Assembly (NCBI GenBank): GCA_030704615.1
Contig: CM060731.1
Location: 93,186,001-93,250,000, forward strand
DNA from: Takakia lepidozioides
Lineage: Eukaryota; Plantae; Bryophyta
DNA: 64,000 nucleotides
Reading direction: 5' to 3'
Shown here: in pieces, positions 50,951 through 63,339 of the stretch
Layout: every line of letters starts with the position of its first letter
How positions within the stretch are numbered: position 1 is the first letter of the stretch
Program-made: the position numbers and the translations under genes
Notes under the pieces: generated by a model
Seen by the model: the letters and a program-made list of their open reading frames with translations, nothing else
Told to the model about the DNA's origin: nothing
Databases searched by the model: none

Positions 50951-53831
50951 AGAGTGGGAAGATATTCATGTCATGTCAAGACATGGACAAGACCCTACTA
51001 TGGTCATTGTCAATTAAAGACATAAACAGCCCATAAACAGGGCACCATCTAACACTTCCAGTCTTGTCATAGCAGACCAAGTGACAATACCCATTCAATC
51101 ATGATAAAACAAGGTGGGATGGCGGGGTTTATTCATGTTCAAATTCTTGTAACCCAAGACATGCACCATGCAAGGCTCCTTGGGTAGGTAAGAACAGCCT
51201 GCCCTGTTACAGATTCAGGGTATGTTCATACAAGCACCTCGAAGGACCAGCCTGCAATTTATCAGATTTCAAACATGCAACCAAGTAATCTTCTTGGGCA
51301 TGACAAAACATGTTGCAGCTTCACTCTTTGCCATTTGTAAGTACCCCAAGACATGCATCATGCAAGCCTCCTTGGGTAGCACACCGGATGAAAAATACCA
51401 GGATATTAATTCGTTCATTCCTCTTTTATGGCTTTTTTCCGTACTGGATGAGACATTTTTTTTTTTTGGGATGTTGAATTACCTGTTAGGATGGAAAACC
51501 AATGCTTTGGATGTTATTTATTGTTTTTCCATCCTACTGACGAACTTTCTCCAACGGATGAACTTATTGACTTTTTCATCTGAACCGGATGAAATATGCA
51601 ACTTATGATGGCCCTGGACTGATGATTAATTACCCTTAATTGTGGTTAATTTATGAGTGAAACCCTAACCCCTACCCTATAACCTGCTGTTTAAACCTAG
51701 CTAACGGATGACATCCGTCGGGTTTCGTAAAATGTGGTGTTGATTAATCATCCTGCACGGATGAAAAATCGGGCATGAGCCCTAGGGTGTCTCTCCCGCT
51801 GTCAGAAACACTGCTTGTGCTTCTGAGCTCGCGGGATGAGAGTTATGGCGTCTGCGTTTTGCTGCTACCCTGTTTGCTGCATCGTACCCATGCTGGACGA
51901 TCTCCTGGGGATGCGCAATGGTGGCGTTTTGTCTCTTCTCACAGGCAGGAGACAATGTTGTGAATGCATCGTCTCTTTCCCTCCTCTGGCTTTTAATTTT
52001 TGCAGCGGCGCTTGTGTTGGGAAGTATCTCTCTCTCCCTTCTTAAACCTAGAAAAAGTGCTTGTATGCTTCACTTCTCCTTAGCTTTGCTGGAGGTGGCT
52101 TGCTCGTGGCGATGGCGCACAATTATCTTCCCCAATCGCTCAAGGTGCTTTTGGTGATTAGGGTTCCTTTTGCTTTATGTCTTTCTCTCTTGCTTTTGAG
52201 GTTCTTAGTTGACATCGATGACAAGTGTAGGGGTCTGTGATTCACCTGGAGTTCCACAATCCTCACTAACCTGTTGGTTTTTGTGGGGGCTTGTGATGGG
52301 ACCAAGTGAGGACCCCTACTTGCTTTGAATTCTCTTGAGCTTGCAGATAAGGATGTGGGCAACGGAAACCTAGTGTGTATGGCGTCTTTACTTGGCTGTT
52401 GCCTGCAGCCCCGATTTCGGCGCGCTTGCTCCTAGTTTGGCATGCTGATGCTTACTTTTGACTTATGTTTTGCTGCCTTTGATGGAGCATTTCGGCCTCA
52501 CAGGCTTGTCTCTTGAACCCCAGCATCTGGACCTTACCTTGTCTTGAATCTTTGACAGCATTGCCTGTGGATTATTAAGCTAGGTATTGTTTTATGGTTT
52601 ATGGGTAAGGCATCAATGGCTCTTAGGTTCTAAAGAAGAGGAGGCCCTGATTTTAAAGATGGCAGCCTGATAAGGCAAGACAGGCCTCTTTCAGGCCTGG
52701 ATTTGGTGTGGAATGGAGCATAGTGAGGTTTTATTTGTAGAACCTGGCATAAACCTCTTGGAAAACAGTGTTGGTAAGCCCTACCGGACCTTTGCCAGAG
52801 ATTGTTTGCCTTATTTTGCCATCAGACCGGGCACCTGCAATGTATGATTTATTTTTTGGCCAAGTGGGCTTGGTCACGGGCACTCAAAGTGTTTGTGTGT
52901 CCATATCTTGAATCTGTAATATGGCAGGCCTTTCTTCCATGCCAAAATGCCTTACATGATGCATGTCTTGGGGCAATTATACATGGTGTAGAATGAAGTT
53001 GCAGTCTGTCTTGTCATGCCCAAGAGGGTCACTTGGTAGCATGTCTGGAATCTAATAAACTACAGGCTGGTCCATCAAGATGCTTGTGTATACATGTCTT
53101 GAATCTGTAGTATGGCAGGCTGTTCTTACCTACCCAAGGGGCCTTGCATGATGCATGTCTTGGAGTACTTACAAATGGCAAAGAGTGAAGCTGCAATATG
53201 TTTTCTCATGCCCAAGAAGTTTACTTCGTTGCATGCTCGAAATCTGATTAATTGCAGGCTGGTCCTTCAAGGTACTTGTATGAACATATCCTGAATCTGG
53301 AGTAGAACGGGCTGTTCTTACCTACCCAAGGAGCCTTGCAGGATGCATGTCTTGGGGTACTTACAAATGGCAAAGAGTGAAGCTGCAATATGTTTTGTCA
53401 TGCCCAAGAAGATTACTTGGTTGCATGTTTGAAATCTTATAAATTGCAGGCTGGTCCTTCAAGGTGCTTGTATGAACATACCCTGAATCTGTAACAGGGC
53501 GGGCTGTTCTTACCTACCCAAGGAGCCTTGCATGGTGCATGTCTTGGGTTACTTACAAGAATTTGAACATGAATAAACCCCGCCCTCCCACCTTGTTTTA
53601 TCATGATTGAATGGGTATTGTCATTTGGTCTGCTATGACAAGACTGGAAGTGTTAGATGGTGCCCTGTTTATGGGCTGTTTATGTCTTTAATTGACAATG
53701 ACCCTAGTAGGGTCTTGTCCATGTCTTGACATGATATGAATATCTTCCCACTCTCTCCCTCTCTCTTCTTAACTTTTTCCACCCCCTCTTTCCCTCTGTG
53801 GTTTTTTTTTTTTTTGTGAGCAGCACGAAAG

Positions 53832-53900
<69 letters not shown>

Positions 53901-55545
53901 TGAGAGGGAGAGATTAGGAAACAAAAAGAGAAAAAAGAAGGTGGGGGGGGGGGGAGTGACTGAGCAGCTGCTCAGTCACTCCCCCCCCCCACCTTTTTGT
54001 TTTTTCTTCGTTGCCCCCTCTCTCCCTCTCTCTCCCTCCCTCCATGGATCTGGCTGGTTCTTTTAAAACTTGATAGTTTAAGACCAGTGGTATGTTACCT
54101 AACCCCTAATTAACCTTCTTGGAATTTGGTTAATTTCGGTTATTTACATTACCCAGATTTTTGGTATAAGGTCAGGATCCTAATGGAGCCATGCAATTAT
54201 TTAATTTTTTCATCCATAAATGGATGTCATCCTCAGAGGATGACAGAGAGATGAAAAATCGAGAGATAATTTCATCCAACGTGGATGAAATCACGATAGA
54301 TTTCATCCTGCGCGGTAGAGTTCATCCCGTGTGATGGATTTCATCCCGAATGGATGAAATCGCGGAAAATCGCGCTTCATCTCTTCTCTGCCCTAACCCT
54401 CTGCACGACGATCGTGCTGAAGGGATGGCGGGAGCTGAGAGATGGTGGTGGGGGGCGCATGAAGCTCGATTCAGGCGCCCTTGAATGCTATGGAGCTGCG
54501 CCATGAAGGCATTTAGGTGTTCTGGCACAATGCAGTACCTTCTTCCCCTCTTGGGGTGCGCAATGGCGGCAGTGCCTGCAATTTTCCTGTGGCAGTTGTC
54601 TCTAATGCTTGGCGGGCGATCTACCTGTGCTGTGGTTGCTTGCTGTGACCTTCATTGATCATTAAGATACAAGCGGCGATCTTAAGGCCTCAGGGAAGTG
54701 TCTGAACTCTTTAAGTTTGGGCGATTCACTTTCTTTGTGCGTGCTTTGTATATTTTGTTGTGCATTCTTGTTTGCTGGTCTTGAGAGCTATGGCGCAGGC
54801 CTCTCTTCCACAAGCCATCAAGGTATTGGCTTGCATATGCTCTGTTTCCTTTCTGTCCCTGCTTTGTATTGCATGTTGTACAACGATAACAAGCGTGAGA
54901 CCTGCGATTCACCTGGGGTTCCACATCGTCTCTAACTTAACTGTTTCTGATTGCATGTGATGGGACCCAGGAGAGGGTCCTCACTTAACATGGATTTGAA
55001 AGCTTGAAGTTGATTGGAATCGAGTTGAAGAAGCGACGCCATCTATATCTTTGGGGGAGAACAATCCTTTCTTCCTCTTTCCTTTGATATTGATGGCTCC
55101 TATGTTTAACCTAGTATGGTGGACAATCAATCATTAGGGCGACTATCTCTTGTTCCCTATGGCATACTGATGTGACAATGGAGCAATGATATGACAAGCT
55201 GATGGCTTTAAAGAGATCTGGTAACATGCTACAATGTAGGGCAGACCTGTTTTCATGACCAGACAGTGTTCTTGAATGTACAAGCATTGGAAACTTAGCC
55301 TCTTTTAGAAGCTGGTTACTTTAGGACACTTGATACCATGCCAAACTGATATGGCTGGATCTTTTGTGGCCAAATCTGGTCCTTGGTTATATGCCCTTGA
55401 ATGTTTACCTATTTTCCAAAATGGTAAGACATTGGTAGATGTGAAGAGAATGATTCAAGAATTGTATTCAAGTTGCTTTAGGATAAATGATACCAAAGTA
55501 ACCTGCAGGCCTGATGGGATGAGCAATTCAGATTCTTTGTGTTTC
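50951..55545. repeat. Unclassified repeat family: inverted end copy (50951-51379), a unit (51380-53990) with 192-bp tandem subrepeats, and a partial next unit
   Basis: 50951-51379 is the reverse complement of 53322-53754; GAATCTG..GGCTG recurs at 52910, 53101, 53293 and 53485; GGATG blocks at 51385-51770 and 54200-54380. Confidence 0.75.
53830..53897 (+). repeat. (GA)n microsatellite
   Basis: Direct read. Confidence 0.95.
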
Positions 55546-56839
55546 CTATAGATGATTGCATGGCATGTAAATCTGATTAATGTCTATGTAGCCTCTGATC
55601 CCAGAGCCCATTCTCAATGCATTGATCTGATGCCGAATGTTAGGTGAACTCAAAGTGGAGAAATGATCCATGACAATGCCCATAGAATCCCCTTCACTCA
55701 AAATATGGCTCTCCAAGAAGGACTTGCTTGCGACAAGAGCAATTGCAGATGTTGTTGCGGATGGGTTGCTCTCGTACTCTTGTTTAATCAACCTCGAAAC
55801 TGTCTCAACACTCTCCCTGTAATCCCCCTTCTGGACAGGATGGTTATGAAAACCAAAATGCACACAAGCTCTTGTCATTGTTTTCAAACGATGGATGACA
55901 TAGTACATTCTTGCTCCATACACTGTCGGGCAGGATGGGACAAGTCTGCAGAATTTGCAAACGAAAGTGTTTGCCGGTGGAGGAGCAGCCCCGGGCTTAA
56001 ATGGATTTTCCACAAGACCCTCCCACTCGCTTTGATTATGAACCCCAGACTGAAGAAACTGCCTGCAATTCAAATTGTCACACCTAAGGTGTCCATTGCA
56101 AACTGTTCTCCTGAAAACAAGCTTGTCATGATTTTGAATATTTGATGTTTTTGTTCTGCACCATGGGTGCCCATCGTGTTTCTTGTCCATCCCGTGCATC
56201 AGGCTTGTTATACCTCCAACTCATGGAGGAGGAGGCAGCTCGAAGAGGATATCCCCATCAAAAGTCTCCGGCAGGAACTTCACTGGCACCTGCTTGAAAG
56301 ATTCCCAATCAATTCCCCGCAACTCACTTTTGAAACCGGCCATTCCTCCCATTACCCGTAGTTTTGGAATGACACTACTTTTCTTCATCCGCTCCCACAA
56401 CTAGCATAGTATGCATTGGAGTTGGAATTTCACTTATGTCTTCATCGGACAAATCCGAAAGCTCAACGATTGGAGTGGAGGACGTTTGTTCTTTTTTCAC
56501 TACCATCTCCATTTTGTCTTCAATGACCGAAGCAGCAGTCCCCGGCGTCACATATGATCCAAGGGACTTTCGCCGATTCTCTCCAAGTACTCTGTATCTC
56601 CCAGGGCGCACTCTCCACTGGCTGACATGAGCTGTCTCATCACGGTTTTGAAACGAGTATTTCAACAACTTCCCGTCCAAATCGTACACCTCTTTCTCCA
56701 AGAAGATGGAACCATTCTGGAGCTCAAACCGGGTGGCCAAGACATGTTCCAGAACAATTGCGAATCCATTGTCAAGGGCTTCTTTGGAGAAAGGCAGTGG
56801 TTTGTCGTCAGAAAAGAACTCTGCTTCAGAGGAAGCCAT
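55546..56839 (-). pseudogene. N-terminal fragment of a putative transposase with a GCM/WRKY-like Cys/His zinc-binding domain
   Basis: DGHPW...CNGHLRCDNLNC...CKFC...C...HFGFHNHP pattern in ORF 55546-56199, preceded by ORF 56375-56839; truncated at the repeat boundary. Confidence 0.55.
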
Positions 56840-57505
56840 GTTACCTCCTCTCGCGGGGTGTTCTCTTTCCCGAGCTGCTCCTTTGCGAAGTCAGATGACT
56901 CAGGTTTGCACCACACTGGGCAAGCATGCGCACAGCAAATGCGGCAGAAGCACCCGTTCCATGAAGATTGTGCATATATTCTGTTATTCCATACAGTTAC
57001 CTGTCAAGTTGCGAGGGTACGGTTCTTGACAATCCGCCATCAGATTAACGTGTCAGACCTGGAATCTGCATTGTCTTCTGAGCAAATTTGACAAATGATC
57101 AACCCAATTTCAAAGAGTCGCCCCAAAACAATAAAAACCCGCCGCCTTCCTTGAAGCCTGCCGGTGGATCTGATGCATGGATGATGGCAATATAACTGAT
57201 ATACATACATTGTCTATCCGCCCATGACTACATTCACATCGCCTGATCATCTTGAAGGTTTAACAATTATGCATCAAATGGCCCAAAACTCTCCACGCAC
57301 GCATATTGCCTGAAATCCTAGGTAGGCCTCAACCTAAGTACTTTAAGAATCCTCATCTATGACGATGTACGATGAAATTAATGAAGCCGTCCCAAAAAAG
57401 ACACAAGTTTATTTTATGTTTGCACACGCCAACAACCCAAAACAGTCGCGCAAAAGGAACGGTTGTCCCAATTAGGTTACGAAGCAAAGGGCTCTGGAGA
57501 AGGGG

Positions 57506-60097
57506 ATGACTCCACGTTATGAGAACAACGAAGATGCAGACGAGCCTGAAGTGCACTACCTTGACAAGGTGAAAGAACTTATGTCATATCAGAAGGTAAA
57601 TTCCCATGAGGTTATTAGGGACATGATCGTCTCCGGAGGACGTCTTGAAATCCCTCTCTGCCGGATGATCTCAATGCCTGTTGTTCGTCCTCCATTTTCA
57701 CATGACATTACCAAGTTGGAAACAAGATTTCGTGCACGGATATAGAATGGGTGCACAAGTTTTCTACGTCTCACTGAAGGATACAAATGGTAACAACACA
57801 AAAGTGAATCCAGAGATAACAGACAACTGGGATAACTGCTGGAAGGATGTCAATGACGAGTTCGAGGACTCCCTGCTACTGGGAAATAACACCCAATAGT
57901 TCTACAACCACATGTTCTATGTCTGGGACGGAAACCATTGTCTGCTAGCTTGGATGGGATACATTGAGAAACACCATTCAAAAGACAAGGACAAGCATGT
58001 TGTTGTGGAGGCAATGGTTCTGGATCCTGGGAACGACATCGCGAGACTTCTGACAGCTATGCATGACGTGAACAAGTAAGACATCCTAAAAACCCCATTG
58101 CCTGTCAAATTGCATGTTCAGCGCATTTCAAGGCCAAACGAAACAGAGATCTTACCCATGCAATGTGTATTCCCCGTTTGTAGATCGACAAAGAAATCGC
58201 ATGTTACTACGAGCTTGGTCCACACACTTTTCTGTATTCAAAGAATAGGTTTGTTGAAGCTTGATGAGTTCCGCTCAGTGCTACATCCTGATGTAATCAA
58301 GAAGTGCGAAACAGGGAGAGCTGCAAGGACCTGGTACTCATTGACCCGAGATGCATTTCTGGAGTATATGTATGCGGTATGGCCCAACCCACATCTTCCT
58401 ATCTTCTTCAAAACACAATTGTAATCCTTTGTGTTCTAATCCAGCCGTTGTTACATGCAGCAAGAACTAGCAAAGGCCGCTGAGAGGGGGAAATCTGAGT
58501 ACTACCGCACTATACCAGAAGAGTTGAGGACTGCAAAAGGAGTTGGGGCAGCCATAAAGGAGTACGAGATAAGGAGGACGAAGCTGATGTCCGCCTTCAT
58601 GAAGCAGTTGAGAATAGTGGATCCCGGACTTGGGGAGGAGTTCCTTCTCCAAATCAAAGCCCACTATGACAAGCATGTACATCCAGAGATGCAACAAGAG
58701 AAATTGCACAGGTTGGCTCTCTCCATGGTTGAACCCCCAGACAAAAGTTAGATGGCTTGAGATTTGGAAGGATCTGAATCAGTTCCCGAAAAGCACAATC
58801 CAGCCTGGCACAAAGGTCGAGGGAATAAGTGACACTATTTCTTAGAACTGGCTTCACAAGGCCACATTTTGGAGTCAGGTATTTGTTGCTTGAAGTGCCT
58901 GTTGTATATCAATTATCCAATGACTTTGTCATGTGCAATTCTGATAGATGTTCCCTTTGCAGCTGGAGAAACGCGCCATTCTTGTCCTGGAGCAGAATTT
59001 GAAGGACTTGAATATTTCGATGGTCTCCCCACCACAGATGACCTTGGAGGCGTACATTAGAAAGTGGAAAGGGCTCACGTGGCGATATTGTTTCTTCCGC
59101 GAGTTCTCCAAGGATGGTAACATATTGAGGTTGAACGATTTCGACAGTCAGGTTTGAGGGGAGTGGGCCATGATGCGTGTTGTGTACAGCTGCACTATCT
59201 AAAGCCAATCCATCACTTTCTTTTAAATTTTGTAATGCCTCAATTGAGAAACCTTCATATTTTCTTTCTACTACACGACAATTTGGTGATGATCGGTACC
59301 GATCATCACTTTCAGTGCTGTGAGTTTCTCCCGTCAAACAACTGAATACTGCAGAACATGTCCATGTTTCTATTCTTATTCCTCTGCAACACATAGGCAA
59401 TTGGTTTCTGATCAGTAACTTGATGATGGTGCCGATCATTGAATTTTGTACTTGTGCAGTATGGATTATCATAAGGATTTGCACACCCATGTTGGATTCA
59501 CTCTGATAGTAAAGTAATGATCGCCACCGATCATCACTTTCTGCTGCTTTTTGATATCTGGTTCTGGGGGATGGTATCTGTTTGAGTGTCCGCAGGTACA
59601 CTAAATATGTGCTGATGGATGGAAAACACCTGAGTGGAATCCCAGATTACCTGGACATGTGGTCGGACCCTGCCAATGATCCCACCATGTACACAGATGG
59701 TATCTTGAGGGACTGGAGTCTTGCCCACTTTAGGGACTGTGGATGGTACCTCGACTGCCCTCTTGAGCACACGACGTTTCAAGAGCAGCAAATGAAGTAT
59801 TTGAACAACCATACGGAGATGATGGCACCTTTGAACGACGAAGAGTACCAGAGGAACATAGCTTCATTGGCCGCCAAGGAGCCAGACGCGCAGGGAACTC
59901 CCCAGAAAGGCAAGAAGGGGGGCCGCAAGGTGAAAGACAAGGATGCAAAGGCTTTGGAGGGAGTAGCCAAGTCACCTGCAAAGACAAAGGAGAAGGAGAA
60001 GTCGAAGGAGAAGGAGAAGGAGAAGGGGAAGGAGAAAGAGAAGGAAAAGGAGAACGACAAGGAGAAAAACTTCACTGCTAGGAGGTACACACTATAG
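57506..60097 (+). pseudogene. Spliced gene with an N-terminal ParB/Srx-like domain and a KE-rich tail, disrupted and cut by a CACTA insertion
   Basis: IPLCRMISMPVVRP...GY...FYVS...MFYVWDGNHCLLAW resembles the ParB DG(N/H)HR motif. Probable GT-AG introns near 58076-58183, 58377-58445, 58879-58962 and 59152-59596. Frameshift near 57730 and stop at 57897. Confidence 0.6.
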
Positions 60098-63000
60098 AAA
60101 AAGGTGGGCCTTTGCGACGCCCGGGCCACGCCGCAGCCACGCGGCAACGTCGGGAAAACGCCCATTTCGGGCACGGGGCAGGCGCCGTATTTGCGACGCC
60201 TGGCCGTCGCCCGACAGTCGCATGGGCGTTGCCAAAAAGACGTCGCAAATATGCGACGTATGGGGGTCGCGAGCCCCCGCCCCAACTCCCGCGACTGCCG
60301 GACGTCGTTTTTCGGGCCGTCCACGCCAATGGCAGGGGCCTCCTGCGAGCGACGACTCGCCGTCGCTGCCCTCCAACCGACGGCATTGGTGAGGGCGACG
60401 GCACGGCGTCGCATCCCTTTTTTTTTGTAACCTGCCCGGGAGTCCAATTCTAAAACCCAAAAACACATGGCGTAAGCCGGGTGGTACGCCAAGCGACGCC
60501 CGTGCATCGCTGCAAGCGACTATTGGGCATGGCAAAAAAAAAAAACAGCAAGAACTAGAGTCGGGCTCCGCGACGCCCGGGCGTGGGTTTCCGTGACGCT
60601 CCAGCGTCGCTTTCTTTATATTCAATAAAAACACGTGGCTCAGGCAGGGTGGTGGGACCCCCGGACCAAAAAAACACGTCGCAGAGGGGGGTCGGGCGTT
60701 GCTGCCTGCAAAAGGGATTTGCGACGCCCGGCTGTCGCGGCGACCCCCGCCAAAAAAAACCCGTCGCCAATGCTGACGCCCTGCAGTCACGAGGCCAGCC
60801 TGGTGGGGGGGGGGTTGGGGGTTGATTTTGGGGGTGAATTGGGGGTGGTTTTTGTTTTTTGCCTGGTTTTGTTTTGGGGGATGGGAGACCTTACAGCTTC
60901 CATTTCTCTGATTTAGCAAGTACACAATTGAGCAAGCATGAATCAAGGGTGAGGATGGTGCAACACATGAATAAGATGGAAGATGGAAAGATGGAAATAT
61001 ATTTATAAGAAATGAGCTAAAAAGCTCACAAGGGTTCAGTAGGCTGACCCTGGGACCTACATGGACTAGGACTAGTCATCCTCATCCTCAGTGGAGGACT
61101 CAGAGCTATCCGATGAGCCTGATGACTCCGCGCCCTTTGCCAGAGCACCTAAAGGAGGCGGCGTTCCCCTAAGTCCCACAGAGCTCTCATCCAATCCCTA
61201 GCCATGACCCCCGCCCTCATCCATACTAGTGCCTTGTAGTGCACTCATCCCCTCCGTGTTGGCCATGTTCTTCATGAGGGATTGCCAACCATGTTCTTTG
61301 GCGTAGTTGTACTCTCAAATGCGCGTTGCTACACATGTCACAAATTGAAGTCAGTTCTTCACGATGATGGAGCTAGAAAGAAGACAACACAAAATACATA
61401 GGGAAGTACGACTTACAAATCGCAAGATAAAACCCTTGGATCCGCCGGCGCCCCACTTGTGTGTGGATTCATGCTTGTCAAGGCGGACTGTTGTTGCTTC
61501 GCGTGCCCGCTCAAATTTGGCCTTGTTTGCAGCATCATTCTCTCCCGCAATGAGTGCATCCCACGATACCTATGCCCCCCCCCCCCCCCCAACAATTAGT
61601 GAATTACACACATACGTTGCATCGAATCCACCTCATTAATGCATATGCGACAAATGGAAGGTGAAATGATTCAGGATTTGCCAACCTGAGTAATTCCATA
61701 AGGTGATTTGGGTATGGCCCCCTTTTCCATTGCCCTCCAAATGATCTGTCTGGCACGGTACCTCCTGTCCTTCAAGTTTCGCCCCACCATCTCCATCACG
61801 CTTGTGTCACTCCAATTGCCCGGAAACCGGTGTTCTAACTCACGGGCATACACCCGCTTTGCGCCAAAGTGCTGATCAGCCCACTCAATGTGCAAAGGGA
61901 ACCACCTCATTGCGAGTTCGAAGGCTGGCTTCTTCATAGCCTCCCAGAACGCACCGCAGGGGTCACCATGGCGATTCACCTCCACTGGTGGCACCACGAT
62001 CTTTGTCAACTTCATGTCCTCTATCGCCGAGGCCATGTTCTTCTTCCCACCCTCTCCCTTCTTTGTAGTCTATTTCCCCTGCTCCTTTGTTACCCCACTG
62101 CCCTCCCCCGCAAGCACACTCACCCCTTCCTCTCCATGGGACTTCTTCTTATTTTTCTTATTTTCCTTCCCCTTCTCCACGACCATCTCCTTCCCCTTCC
62201 CCGCTACTTCCTCTCTCTCCTTCTCCCTCTCCCTTCTCTCTCTCTCCTCGGCAGCCCCTTCATTGATGGTAAAAGGGATCTCGGGAGGTCGAGGCCTCTT
62301 CTTCTTACCTTTGGTGTTTGGGTCCTTCATGAACACCACGTGCTCTCCCTCATTGGCAACCCCACTGGACTGCACCAATGAGGCCAGCCATGTTGCTGCC
62401 TCCTGAAGACAAATAACCCCCCCAAATTCAAAAAAAGAAACAAACAACAAAGAAAATCATGCATGCAAAGGAAAAGACAAAACATGGAACAAGGTGCGAC
62501 AGTTGTACCTTTGCAAGCTTGTCCAACTCGCCCCCGGTGTCACCCAATGTGGTAGGAGTCCCCGTTGCCGGATGTGCCCGCGCTATCCCCTCCCGGAGCG
62601 CCATTGGAAGTAGATTCCAGATGTGGAGCATAGCCGGCGGCGGCGCCCCGTAGTCTAGGCCCTTCTTTGCTGACCGCTCAGGCTCAGGGGGCGGCGTCGC
62701 TGATCGGCTAGGCCACTCCAAACCGACCCATACCTCCCCCCCCCCCCCAAATGCATAGCAAGGTAGAAGCCCTCACCCGGCCTGACTACTTCGAGGCGCT
62801 AAGCTATCTCGGCCACTTCATTGGCCTCCTCGTCTCCTCCTCCCTCATCGACAACATTGGGCTAGCAATGACCACTTTCAAAGGCCCTTGAACTTGACGT
62901 TGGGCCTTGGCAAGTGCAGCCTTCGCTGCGGAGGAATGGGTAGCTATGGGGGTGACATCCAAAAGTTGCCCATACCGGGCCCCCGAACGGGTGATGTGCT

Positions 63001-63300
63001 TGCCAAGGTACATTTCACCCGTCTTGGTGGCCGGGGGTGTGCCCAACTGAGCATTCGGCTCAGCAACAACCTCCCGAATAGGAGAGCTGGCTGAGCCGGC
63101 CCCTGGTGCATCCAAGATGGGGACAAGAGGGGGGGTACTGGCCTCGGGGGCAGACGAGCCCTCCAACTGCGGCTGTCGACGGGGCTGGTAAACCGTGAGA
63201 CACCCTGGCGCGCCACACGTGCCGGTAGAGCAAACGGATTGTCCGCCCTTTTCTTTGGGGCAGGGGACTTCTTCGCTTTCCCCATAAGCTGGCACCTGTC
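60090..63300 (-). mobile_element. CACTA (En/Spm) transposon fragment: one terminus plus a TNPA-like gene remnant
   Basis: CACTATAGAAAAA at 60090, dense GCGACG/CGTCGC subterminal repeats 60110-60780; no partner TAGTG end found. Confidence 0.8.
61070..63300 (-). pseudogene. TNPA/Ptta-En/Spm-like accessory protein, multi-exon remnant
   Basis: NRHGDPCG...W...LEHRF...LKDRRYR (61671-62036) and HKWGAGGSKGF (about 61430-61460) resemble Transposase_24-type proteins; low-complexity upstream exons. Confidence 0.55.
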
Positions 63301-63339
63301 ATGCAAACCCACAAGTTGGCCTCATTAGGAAACAACCTC

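Noticed and set aside
59779-60946. Long overlapping ORFs of 242 and 284 aa on the minus strand
   Set aside because: They arise from GC-rich CACTA subterminal repeats and the antisense of a KE-rich tract; no protein-like motifs.
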